A DNA stretch of 64,000 nucleotides from Leidyana gryllorum EB-2025a (Eukaryota > Protista > Apicomplexa). Below are positions 38,750 to 50,300 of this stretch, piece by piece. Position numbers and translations under genes: made by a program. The notes beneath the pieces were generated by a model. That model searched no databases, was not told the DNA's origin, and worked only from the letters and a program-made list of their open reading frames with translations. The DNA is taken from NCBI GenBank assembly GCA_048772705.1, contig JBLWGC010000213.1, positions 186,001 to 250,000 of the forward strand, written 5' to 3'. Positions within the stretch are counted from its first letter, which is position 1. Each line of letters begins with the position of its first letter.

Positions 38750-39991
38750 TCAATGCAACAGATTCTGGCGATACATATGATAGTCTGGATATTGGGTTCG
38801 AGGGGGACGGGGAGGTCTGGGATTGCGAGGCTGTCGCGGGACTCGAGGTTGACGCGGGTTTCGCGGGTTTCGCGGATCTCGCGGATTTCGGGGGTCCCTG
38901 GGAGTGCGAGGCTCTCGACCGGTTCCGACAACAGTGTCCAAACAACTCCCCAGAAGTGCAAAGGCGAGCCGAGCCAGAAAGTAGTAACCCAGGAAGATGA
39001 GGACGACCAATACCACTGGTGCCCCGATGATGCTCGCTAGCCAGGGAGCCACTCCATGTGTCTCTAACCAGCCGATTAATCGCTGACTGCCAAACAGTGA
39101 CGCGTTCCACGACGCGTTCCAAATGGCAGTAGAAACTTGAACAAAGATTCGCCAAGATACCGTGAGTATTATCCAGAGTTGCCGAGCACATCTGATTATG
39201 AAATGTTCCACTTGGGCGACTTCATCTTCGGAAGCCTCGGTGTCCTCATCGGTGGAACTCATTATCTCCGTTGGCATCGGCGCTGTGGATGTCTCCAATT
39301 TGGTATCAGACTCTTCGATAATAGCCACCTCTGTCGTCTGCGTGGTGGAAGACTCTGTCGTAGTAAAGTCAGTCGGACTCGTCATAGAGTCAGTCGGACT
39401 CGCCGTAGGATCGGTTGGGCGGATGTCGTGCACTGTTCCGGCGTCTCCTGATACCATGGCAGTCGTGGTGACCGCGCGGTGACCATCATGCCACCAATGC
39501 TCGATCTTTTCCCACTTCGACAAGTCAGATTCGTGGCCGTCTGAACGATGGTCTTCGATCTCTACAGGGCTCGAGGCGGCTGGAGAAGACGTCTCCAGAC
39601 CGCTTTGGGTACGGCCGACGGACGACTCTGGTGCCTTTCCTCGTAGCTCCTCCCAGACATGTTCGATCTGGTTCAGAGGCTTCTCAAACAGTCCGGGGGG
39701 ACGAACTGGCGGTGTTACAGTGACTTGTTGGGTGAGAACCGCGCGTGTTCGACTTTCTTGCTTTGAACCGATGGTTTCACGATGCTCCACAGCGTCAGTT
39801 TTGGTTAAGAGGTGATCGATGTATTTCCACCCACCCTCGAGCTGTTCATGAAGAACATTACGATCAAGAAATTTATGATCGATGTGATGATGTTTAGCCG
39901 TGCTTTGCAGATCACCACTCGTACTGATCTCCCCGTCCACACCCGCCGAGCGTAGAAGCGGTAACAATGTCAAAGAAAAGAAGAAGTACAT
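38750..39991 (-). CDS. Signal-peptide, mucin-like Thr/Ser-rich membrane protein with cytoplasmic PRx repeats
   Basis: [17 protein letters not shown]; [18 protein letters not shown]; [21 protein letters not shown]; tail [18 protein letters not shown]. Confidence 0.65.
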   Translation of the reverse strand: MYFFFSLTLLPLLRSAGVDGEISTSGDLQSTAKHHHIDHKFLDRNVLHEQLEGGWKYIDHLLTKTDAVEHRETIGSKQESRTRAVLTQQVTVTPPVRPPGLFEKPLNQIEHVWEELRGKAPESSVGRTQSGLETSSPAASSPVEIEDHRSDGHESDLSKWEKIEHWWHDGHRAVTTTAMVSGDAGTVHDIRPTDPTASPTDSMTSPTDFTTTESSTTQTTEVAIIEESDTKLETSTAPMPTEIMSSTDEDTEASEDEVAQVEHFIIRCARQLWIILTVSWRIFVQVSTAIWNASWNASLFGSQRLIGWLETHGVAPWLASIIGAPVVLVVLIFLGYYFLARLAFALLGSCLDTVVGTGREPRTPRDPRNPRDPRNPRNPRQPRVPRQPRNPRPPRPPRTQYPDYHMYRQNLLH

Positions 39992-40032
39992 TCGTGGGGC
40001 GTTTCAACAAAATATTTACTGTCTCATAGCGA

Positions 40033-41881
40033 TCAACCCAACCAAGCACCACTATCGTGAGCCTTCCAAGTCGATCGAGCAACCACCCGCCTCGAGTAAT
40101 GGGGTTCCCCACTGTCTTCCGATGACTTAAAGGAAGGAGGAGGATTGTGCCTGCGCAATCTTACTCCCTGTCCGACATCTTGGCCACACGGAGGCCAATG
40201 TTTCTCTCCGAAAACAGATTCAGAGCGGTCAATAACGACGTTTCCCGGGTGATCTGTACTCGAACATGTAGAGAGGGAAGTGAGAGTGCTGTTTTTGGTG
40301 GGGCCGGTAGTAGTTTGGTGGTGAACCTCAGTTGCGCGATCATCTCTGGCGGCTCGGATACGAGCCTGCAACTCCACGCATGACCGCCAGAGAGCTGAGC
40401 AACCAAAAGACAGTGAGTCCTTGAGTACCGGTGTCACTGTTATCAGTAACTTAGCCACCACTGTCGCAAACGCTACAATTAGGTCCACCACTTTCAGGAT
40501 TAACAGTCCAAACGGCAGACCCAAGAAACGACCGATCAGAAGAGGCAGGATTACGGCTGGGTGCCCGATTATGCACGCTAAGAAGCGGGGGACTCTGGCC
40601 ATCATCAACAATTCGCACGCACTGGGTATCTCCGGCATCTTTGGCAGCTCAGGCAGCTTAGGCAGCTTAGGCAGCTCAGGCAGCTTAGGCAGCTTAGGCA
40701 GCTTAGGCAGCCCGAGTCGGAAATCGAGAACCCGTGAGCCGAAATCGCCGAGCTGCTGTTGGGCAGCTTTCGATGTCGCTAATGCACACAGTTTGGACAC
40801 ACCGATCAAATGTGCGACTCACCTCTCACGCGTTTGACTCCTGATACCACATTGGAAGCGGTGTTTGTAAGGGATCTAATCACCTGATGGTCACAATTCA
40901 GTGGATTTTAAATGTTCGAACGCACCCGGATGCCATGTGACTTGTCAGCTCTGTCCAGATTCCCATCAGCGTTTTTCGGTTCCTTCTTTGGGACCGTTAA
41001 TGCGTCTTCTTGGGCTGGGAAAGTGGAACGTATGTTGCCAAATGATGCGAGCCACTGCACCGCGTCGACCGCAGAAGCAACCGAAGATCCCAATCTGCTG
41101 CCCAACTCGGGATCCTGAGCGACTTCAGTTACCGCATTCGATGCGCTCTTGAGTTTCCCCACCACATCGACCTCTTTGATTGCATTCGATGCAATTTTTA
41201 CTTTGCCGACCACATCGACCTCTTTGATAGTCTCGGAGGCGATGTGCAGTCCTTCAGCCACTCGATCAGTCAATTTCATAGCTTGGATTGCGTCCACTGT
41301 GGCTGTCATTCGCTCTTGCAGGGCCTCCTGTGCGCGAACACGACCGCTTTGGATCGCGTCCACTGTGACTGTCATCTGTTCCCTGAAGGCTTCGCGAGCA
41401 CGACCGGATTGAATCGCTTTAACACCCTCCTCCACCGTTTGGCCGATCTTGTCGCCCAGTTTGGGGTCTCGGACGGTTTCAATGATAACTGAGGCTGTCT
41501 GCGCAACTGTATGCAACGCCTGGCGTGTCTCGGCAAGCGGTATCTCGCCCTTGGCTATGCTGCTCGTCACATCCGCGAGCCACCGCATCACGCCCGGCCG
41601 CCGGGGGGTACTACTCTTCTGCGGGTCGTCCGCTTCATTGTGCTCACCTCGGCGAGAGCGTCCTGCTGCAAGCTGTTCTGTGCAGCCTGGCAGTAAGTCA
41701 GCATAGCACACCGGATGGCGCGGGGCGATGTTATCATCGTGAACATTAATTCCATTGAAGGCTGTTTTTCCCTGCGGTGGTGGTGGTGGTGGCTGGGTTT
41801 TGGCAACATCCGACTCACTGTCTGCGCGGTGCAGCTACAACAAGCAGCAGCGATAGCGATCAAGACGGAGACGAGCCGCAT
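40033..41881 (-). CDS. Signal-peptide membrane protein with amphipathic repeats and a (PKL/PEL)n tract
   Basis: MRLVSVLIAIAAACCSC; ORFs 41588-41881, 40908-41711 and 40033-40809 join via GT-AG introns; IKEVDVVGK x2; LPKLPKLPKLPELPKL. Confidence 0.6.
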
Positions 41882-41908
41882 CGCTGACTTTTATTGGGGG
41901 ATGGGCAT

Positions 41909-43791
41909 CTAACGGTGGTTGACGGTGAGAGATCTGCTCGTCGTGGTGCGGGCTACGGCGGCAGGGGAAAATTTGTCTCCGTTGGGTCTAGCCTGTTGCT
42001 GCATCTTCAACTGAGTCTCGGCCATCCGGATAAAGCGGGGTGGGGGAGCTCGAATATTGAGCCACGGTTTCCGCGACCGGAGGCGAGCAGCTGCTTCGAG
42101 TGTAGGGAAGTCGTAGACTAACTGTTCAGGCTTTAACCAGAGACGCTCTCGTCGAGGTACGGCTTTTCGTAACCTTCTGTCGTCCACGGCGGGTCTTTGG
42201 GATTCTTCGGCAATCAGTCGGAGGTGGGACACATCTATCCCTCTTTGGTCAGAGTGTGCGATAGTGTGCAGAAGAGACACAGCCTTCTCATACGCTTGGA
42301 CAGTCCTGTCATGTGCGCCATATAACAACTTGAGTTTTGTCAATGATCTGGTCGGGTGCAGAGTGAAGGAGGCCACGCGCTTTGTTCGCTTACGTTGAGG
42401 TGAGTTGCATGAAGGTCTTGATATCACCACTAGCTAAACTCAGTCTGATCAGCACCGAACTCCAAGGCACCAAATCAGAAAAGTCGGCTTCCGGCGCCAC
42501 AGCTTCCACAAATTTGATAAACTTAATCCCGTGGTCAATGGCCAAATCTCGGTACTCGGTGGTCTGTTCACCACCATTCCACACACCGGCGTAGAATCTA
42601 GAAAACAGAAAGTGGCAGGCACCCACCAACCAGTGCATCGGCCCGAGCACCATCAGTGTGGTTCGATAGAGATACGTCAAGTAATGCATCCACGTCTTGG
42701 GGTCAGGATGGGCGAACATGCTGTCCAGCTGCTCGTATAATCCTTCCAATGTGGATTCGACCGCGACTGGCAGCACAGCCGAATTATAGGTCATATGACA
42801 CACAGTACACATCCACCAATCGTCCGAATCTTTGCATTGAGAGGCATTCATCTGTGATCGATAGTCAGATGAAGGCCGACCGCGGCGCCGAAGCTGCTTA
42901 CTTTTTGGGTCAACTGGAATTGAGGTAGATTCTTCAGACCGGTTGCAGGTCCAACGAACGTGGCAAAAGCCGGTTTGGGTGCTTTGCCTTCCTTCAACTC
43001 CTCTTTAGTTCGGCAGTGCGGACACCACACACGTCGCAGGGGATCCACTTCCTTCTGGCATCGATTGCACTCGCAGATGAATAACTTTTGCTTCAACAAT
43101 CGTCCAGTTCGGAACTGGGCGCTGGAGAACAGACAGTCCGTGTAGGTGACTGTTATCTCTTCTCCGGCTTTTATGGGTCTTACGGCAACGTACGTTAATA
43201 CGCCGTCCTCATTTCTGATTGTGGCAGGAGACAGGCGTGTTCGATCGCCGGGTGACTTTCTCTGACGACAACTCACCGATAACACACATTCGGCGAACAC
43301 GAGTGGTTGGCTTTCACCGCTTTGGCATATATTGCCCAGATGGGGACGCCATGTGCAACCCCGTGTCCGTTACATTTCATTAGTGCGTGGAACCATCTGT
43401 TAGATAACGACGCGTTGGCGCGCGTGTGATATCGGACATCTAGCGACCACGCGCTGCTCACCGGAAGCCCGCGTAGAACGGTGATGACTTGGGTACCCTT
43501 TTGAGCAGCTCGGCTTCGTCTCTTTGGGAAAGCGCAAAGGTGTTGGCGTGCAAGCCGGAGAGGAACTCGAGCTCGTCATCCGTGAGTGCTAAGAACCTTG
43601 CGTAGAGGCCTTCGGGATCAATGGGAGCAATAAGATATGGGGTTTCCTGAGGGTGGAAGGTGGTCGTTGGTGGTTTCCAGGCTGTTGCTCACCCGTAGGA
43701 CGATCTCGCCGACCGAAACGTCGCGCTTTACTTTCAGTCCCGCGCCAACGAGTGTTTTTACTTTCCGCAGGATAGCCGAGTCACTGCCCAT
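41909..43791 (-). CDS. SMYD-like SET-domain lysine methyltransferase
   Basis: GLKVKRDVSVGEIVL, ANHSCSPN, VRPIKAGEEITVTY, post-SET FICECNRC and CPHC/CTVC; multi-exon. Confidence 0.88.
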
Positions 43792-43818
43792 GTCAGGTGT
43801 GGAAATATTTATTTGGCC
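43792..43818. promoter_or_regulatory. Putative 27-bp bidirectional promoter (SET gene/Cys-loop receptor)
   Basis: gtcaggtgtggaaatatttatttggcc lies between the divergent ATGs. Confidence 0.4.
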
Positions 43819-46800
43819 ATGATGCGTCAACTTCGCTGGCTGATTTGGGGAGTATTGGTGGTGGGAGCTGCGAGACTAGAGGATCGGATAGAGGATTTCG
43901 TCCGAACTGAATTCGAGAAGGCTTTGACGGGGCGGCACGATAATGGATGGTCCGACAGTGAAGAACGGTCGTTTCACACGGCTTCAGCTGTATGGGAGCT
44001 GAGTGACAACAGCTGGACAACACTGAATGAGGGAGGTGAAGCTGAATCGCGCACGAATCTTCAAGAAGCGCGTGCCGCCGTGAGTAGGCGGCGACGACTT
44101 CAGAGTTCTACAGGCGCGGCTCTTCCTGGGGATGACGAAGGGGTCAGCGGTCGGAAGCCGCGACGTCGAGGTCGACGCAACCGAGCGAAAAAACGTCGGC
44201 ATGGCAACAAACTAGTCGGCCGAGCTTATGGGCGCTCCACCGGCGACATGAGCACTGAGGATGAGGATGGTGATGGCTTGGACGTAGGTGCTGCCCGTCC
44301 TCCCCCACACCTTCGCCGTTCGCGCACCCCCAGTCAAGCGCAACCACCCCCTCCCCCACTTCCCCCTCTGGCAACATTTACCCCCTAACATGATTGGTCA
44401 TTTAAGATGTACGCGGAACAAAGGGGCGGGTGGTGCGCGAACGGCTCTTATATCTGTTTACCTGCTTCACATGTGTAGTCAGGCGATCTATGATCTTCTC
44501 GAAGACCAATTATCACCCGAAGTCCCACCCTTGATGCAAAATATCTCTGCAGTCTGTGACACACCCTATGCACAGAGTGCCTCCAAGGCAGGCAGGTTGC
44601 CAAGCTCGCGGGTATCCGAGTCACGCAGAGTCCTGGCACAGTGTAATGCGAATGTATCTCCTACGCTACGAATCGGCGTGTCGCTGCGGTTTTTCAAGAT
44701 CGTTCAAGTAGAATTTGCGCGCGGCGAATTCGCAGTATCTGTGTGGTGAGGCCCCGCTCAGCATCTAGGATTGCCAATGACAGACCATGCGGCCAGGGTG
44801 CGAATGTTCTGGCCGGACTTGCGGCTGTTGTACAAGGGTGAGGACTACATTGATGATTGGTCTTCCAGCACTGACTATGTACCTATTGGTGTTCACGAGC
44901 CGGGTGACAACGAGATTTGGGTGGGTTTTTCTACGCCTTATGATGAATCAGCCCACCCGCGATGCAGGTTCCATACCTTGCATTGGTCAACAACATGCAA
45001 CCGGATTTGCAAGAAACTCTTAATTACTTCTTCCCCGCCAAGGTCTTCGACACACATTTCCTACGCGTACGTCCGTTCGTGTGCCCAACTTGTCAAACAA
45101 ATGTCATACATCACTACCAATAGGCTAAAGGCTATAATGTATATTGGGCACGACAAATGGTGTTGAGAGCAGTCTGCCCTCCACACGTCCTGATGTTCCC
45201 CTTTGACATGTAAGTCGTCTGATATCCTGATGGACTGTAAGTCTGGGTACCGCCTATTCCGGTAGCCAGTATTGCCCCTTCGACTTCCAATTGTGGGGAC
45301 TTAATCCCGAACGGTTCACTTATTCGTTCGTTGCGGGGGGCTATCCTCCGGTGGTAGAGTCCTCCTTCCCGTCGGAAGCAGAGGTCTGGGATGTCGAGCA
45401 GGCTGTTGTGCACCCAATGTCTGAAACCCTCAGTAAGAGTCGTGCGTTGTGCCACAAATACCACCATCGTAGCTGGCGACATTACGAATTTGAGGTATAT
45501 GATGGCAATGGCCCGGGATCCTGACTACTACGTATCTAATTTTGTCTGGCCATTGGCATTGGTCACCTTGTTTGCTTACCTATCCTTCTGGTTGCCATTC
45601 CAAATGTATGATCGAGTCACTCTCTCGGTCACTATCCTTCTTGCGGTCTTTGCTATAATGTACATAACGGCTGCCAGCCGACCCCCCCTCGGGCAAGACA
45701 CATGGATTGACGTCTATCAAGCTGGATGCATTGCTTTATCTCTCGTACCGGCCGTAGAAACCATCATCATTTCCCGTCTCCGGGAGCAATTACACAGAAG
45801 GTGAGCGAGCTGTCACTAAGCGTATCTGTACCGCGAGAATCAAAATGAACCTCAGAAACCAACAACGGGAGGGGGAATGGAAACGTCTTCGCCACTCCGC
45901 CACCGACGCGCCGAACAGCGGCTCCATGACTGACGCAAGAGGGACTCCCACCAGTCCGTGTGACACTCCGATGCCATCCTCACGTCCTCTGCTGACCACC
46001 ACCGGCCCTGCCTTCAGTACCCTGCCGGCTGACATTCCGGTGCCCGAGCCGCAAGGCTTAGCCCACCACCACGAGAGCAGTGACAGCATGTTGTTCTGGC
46101 ACTTACCTGTGGTTACCCCCACTGTGGCTGTGGCTCCGACGTCAATATTGTATGGTTCAACGGACGAAGCTCATGTGACGGCCGAACTTGAAGCCACATT
46201 CGGTCCCCGTGGACTGTGGCCTCAAGTCCGGCCCGTGTACGAGTACGGACGGGCGCTGTCTTGCACCTCCCTGCGCAGAGAAGGAAGTTTTTCCTCTAAT
46301 TCTTCGCTAAGATCCACCAGTGAGGAGCCGGCTCCCCTTGACATTCGCAAGATTTCCGTGTATCTGGTGAGTAGTCAACAACTTACAGCCCTGTGGTCAC
46401 AGCCAGGTGGCCATTAATCTCCTTTGTTCAGAATCAAGACATACACGGGTCATCGCCTCCATCTGTGCCTGGAACTGCGCAACGGCGTGTGCGCTTTGGT
46501 GCTCGGAGTGAAGACTCTCTGTCTCGAATATCTTCAGACACGAGAAAGTCCGAGGAGGATAGTATAGCCGCCCCCCGGCGGATTGGGAACCCTTTCAAAC
46601 GTCTGCGCACAATTAAAGATAGTAAGCGTTTGAGACGAGCTCAACAAGCGGGCAAGGTGAGATCGTAGAGACGATAACTTGACCACGGCTTATTTCAGCA
46701 TCATTTCGCACGTTCTCTTGGCTTGATGATGCATCCTGAACGGCCTGTGTTGCACTCTTCAACACTAGACGGTCACTCCCCGCTTGGACGTCGATGTGAG

Positions 46801-47950
46801 TGCCTCTGCAGCAGCCTGCACACTTCACATCACCCAGTTCGTTCTCAAACCACTGGCACAACTTCGCGATCTCCTCAAGATCGCACGACATCATCTCGCT
46901 CTCGACAGCACTATGAAAGTAACTCCTCCAGCTGTCGATCTAACGTGAGTTTGTGGAGATCATTAAGAGTATGAGACTTGCTCGCTGCAGGATCTGACCC
47001 CGCCATTCACACCCAAGGGGAGCTTCTCGCTCCCAACGCCTGAAAATCGCTCTCTGCTGTCTTACAGTCTGAATCGGTGGGTTTCGAATGGGATCCTGCT
47101 GAATATGAAGTCACAGAGAGCTTCCGCGACGTGACTTTGAAGCCACTTCTGAAAGGAGTGGACTACTAAATGAAGTCGGTGTCTTCTCTATACCTAAACC
47201 CCAAGCCGCTGACCCAACTGCACTGCCTAACTTCATTGATCGCATGTTCCAAGTAGGGTTTGTAACATCCTGTGACACTGATGACGCTCGATATGCAGAT
47301 TGTATATCCCGGTTTCATGTTAACCTTCTTCATTGAGAGGTTCTTCTTTATGGAGGTGAGTGGTGTGTGTGCGCGCGCGGAGACACGCACTTGATGGTGA
47401 CAGATCCACAATCCTTTGCGGCTATTTGGGGTGGACCGCATATCAGTGACGATCCTGGCTGTTGCAGTAATCAGCTGCCTGTACCTACTGTGGATCTTTG
47501 CCGTCGCGTCTCATGTAAGTGGCGTTTGGTTGGATGAAGATTGAGAGTGGTTTTATTCAGGTTGCGGTGGCCTTTCCCTCATCCCAAACTCATCTGGGAT
47601 ACAAGATAGCGGACGCCCTGAATCTACGACTTGATCGCGCAGTGCAGCGCCAGCATCAGGCGATGTCGTCGTCGCCGTTGCCGACCGAAATGCGTTCTGA
47701 GTACATTGCACACGGTTCTGGAAGCGCATTCAACGAGTTCAAGCTGCCAGCTGGGGGTGATTTCGCTGGCAGCACACTGGAGACCATGGGGAGCCCCGTT
47801 GTATCTGGGGGGCCTTTACTTACACTTCACAGCTCCGATGAGCATGCACAACAACATCATGAGGATCCCTTGTTTTGGGGTGATTTGTCAACGAACAAAG
47901 ACGGGGGAAATTCTCAACCAGGCGTCGCTGGGGTGAAAGCACGCTTGTAA
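43819..47950 (+). CDS. Pentameric ligand-gated ion channel (Cys-loop receptor) subunit
   Basis: Spliced product: signal peptide; IYDLLEDQLSPEVPP; IGVSLRFFKIVQV...WVRMFWPDLRL; IWVP; CPPHVLMFPFDIQYC; R-DPDYY-M1 (NFVWP...SFWL); M2 DRVTLSVTILLA; M3 WIDVY; M4 IDRMFQIVYP. Confidence 0.88.
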
Positions 47951-47995
47951 TTCGCACCGTTAATTATCTTTTTTTTTCTTCCCAACTCATCCACT

Positions 47996-48841
47996 ATGGT
48001 AGCTCAAATGCCTGATGCCCGTCGACGTGACCCACGTTCGACGGGGCGTATGTTGTCGAAGATCCTTCGACACACAGCAGTGAAGGACAGAATACCGATG
48101 CGAACTGATGGCTATGTCCGGCTGACTGATCTTCTGACAATGGCAAAGAGACCGCCAGGCTCCTGTGTGGAAGACATCGTGCATATCGTCAAAACTGATG
48201 AGAAATTCCGATTCGGGCTTGGACTGCGTGTGGACCCTCCCAGATTGGATGCCTCACACGAGGTGCAAGTCAATCCGTTCACCGTGGAAGCATTTGAAGC
48301 CATGAACCCGACTGCGCAACGGGCGGTGCACGAGCGACTCTATGTCCGTGCCCACCAAGGCTTTTCCATCAAGACGGTCTCGGAGGAGCGTGTGTACGAA
48401 AAAATTCAGAACTCCGCCGAGCTTCCCGTCTGTGTTCACGGAACCAAGCGCACATTGTATCGAACTATAATGCAATCAGGACTCCAACGCATGAAAAGAA
48501 CCCATATTCACTTCGGGACTGGACTGCAAATTGATCCTACTGCACAGGGACGCATCCGCAAAGACGCAGAAGTTGCAATTTACATCGATGTCGCTCGCGC
48601 CATGAGAGACGACATTGTTTTCTGGAGAGCTCACAATGGTGTCATCCTGTCCTCCGGCAAAGATGGATGCATCACCAAAGAATATTTTGCCCGAGCCGTC
48701 GACCTCACCAACGGGAAAGACATTCCACTCGACCCCGACTATTTTGTCGATCAACCACAACTTGAAGCTGGGACGCACATCAACGTCGATCGGATCACAT
48801 CCAATGTCTCAAGCCTCTCCGACTCCAGTGGAGGCGCGTGA
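47996..48841 (+). CDS. TPT1: tRNA 2'-phosphotransferase Tpt1/KptA
   Basis: LSKILRH, DGYV, RAHQGFS, HGT, GLQRMKRTHIHF and NGVILS. Confidence 0.93.
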   Translation: MVAQMPDARRRDPRSTGRMLSKILRHTAVKDRIPMRTDGYVRLTDLLTMAKRPPGSCVEDIVHIVKTDEKFRFGLGLRVDPPRLDASHEVQVNPFTVEAFEAMNPTAQRAVHERLYVRAHQGFSIKTVSEERVYEKIQNSAELPVCVHGTKRTLYRTIMQSGLQRMKRTHIHFGTGLQIDPTAQGRIRKDAEVAIYIDVARAMRDDIVFWRAHNGVILSSGKDGCITKEYFARAVDLTNGKDIPLDPDYFVDQPQLEAGTHINVDRITSNVSSLSDSSGGA

Positions 48842-48880
48842 CCTAGAGCCCCAGTAAGGGACCTAGAGCCCCAGTAAGGA
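48841..48880. repeat. 20-bp tandem duplication directly after the TPT1 stop
   Basis: acctagagccccagtaaggg followed by acctagagccccagtaagga. Confidence 0.9.
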
Positions 48881-49780
48881 AGCTTTCGTTCAGGATGTGT
48901 AGCAGCATTATTACAGTGAGTCACTCACGACTGGCTCTCCCCCCCTCACTCAACACGTGCGTCTTCGCCTTCTCAGAAGCGATCGCAGGTAAATAGAATT
49001 TGCCGCCCTCTGACAATGAGAGACACACATTGGAGGGAAGCAAACACATATAACTTGAGTAATTGAAGGGAGGTGGATCGACCACATATCGTCTTTCTGC
49101 GGTCCCTCTTCGAAGATGCCGACAATTCTTCTCTGTGTTCGGTGAAATTCTGTAATGGTAATAATTGCTTTGCACTGGGGAGGTTGTCGAAGGTCCGCTG
49201 CCCGCAACTATGTCAGTCACAAACAACTCTACATGAGGGATTGGAAGTGTCGAGCAGCTTTTATAAAGACAAAGAGAATTCTGCGATATTCGACCACGCA
49301 GTCATCACCATAGAAAATCTATGTGTTTGTCGATTGTGTGATACACTCTGTCTGCGTGAGTTTTACTTTACATCACTACTCCCCAACACACATGTGTTTG
49401 GTGGCCAAGAATTCCCGACCAATTTTGTACACAACCATGTCATTTGTACTCATAACACAACAACAAGAATTAGCTAATTCCCTCTGAATGAGAGAGAGAG
49501 AGAGAGCCACGACTCTACCTCTCCAAATCTTTGTCCAAAATCATTGCCCAAATTCATTGCATGGTGCAACTCTTTCGCACAATCCGAGCGCGATCTGCAC
49601 AACGGTACAGATAGTTGCGCATATCACGTTGCAAACACCCAGATCGCCCAATTGCACATCGAGTTGCACGATGTTGCTCGAGTTGCACAGATGTAGAGTC
49701 GCGAGAAGGGCAAAATTAGTGCAGTTTGCGACATGTTAGGATTGCCAGACAAAATTATCGCATCAGCACGCAGATGAAAT

Positions 49781-50086
49781 TCATTGGGTCTTCAGGGCCT
49801 CTCTGAGAGTCTGAACACCTTGCAAGAACTCTTGGACCTGAGCTTCCTTGCCAGGGCACTCCTTGTTCAGATAGTCCTTAACTTTAGCATAGACAGCTTT
49901 CAAGGTTTCATCACGCTCAGCTTCCGGGACGCTGTTGTATTTGGCCTTCATGTCAGCGACAACTTCAGGCGTGAGGAGCATCCTCATCTTGGCGAGGGCG
50001 GCTTCAGCACTCTCATTGATCAAGGCTTCCTTGCATTGGTCAAGACGCTCCTTGTGAGAAGCAGCGAGAGCAGCCATGTCAACCAT
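49781..50086 (-). CDS. Small alpha-helical protein, tandem paralog 1
   Basis: 101 aa, intronless, strong AAG/GAG codon preference; about 55% identical to 50301-50606 (manual count). Confidence 0.85.
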   Translation of the reverse strand: MVDMAALAASHKERLDQCKEALINESAEAALAKMRMLLTPEVVADMKAKYNSVPEAERDETLKAVYAKVKDYLNKECPGKEAQVQEFLQGVQTLREALKTQ

Positions 50087-50300
50087 CTTGATGTGTTTGT
50101 TGTGTGAGTAATGTGCAAATTTAGAAAGGGTTTTGGGTTTGTGGGTGTTATGAGATCAATGGCCACGGTGGCTGAGTGTATTTGTGTGTGCGAGACAGCT
50201 GGCTGTGCGGTGTTTGGAGTTGGATAAGAGTAGCAGCAGTGATTTGACGATCAATTTGACACTTTCAGAAGAGTTTCGGTTCAATTTCTATTCACTTTGT

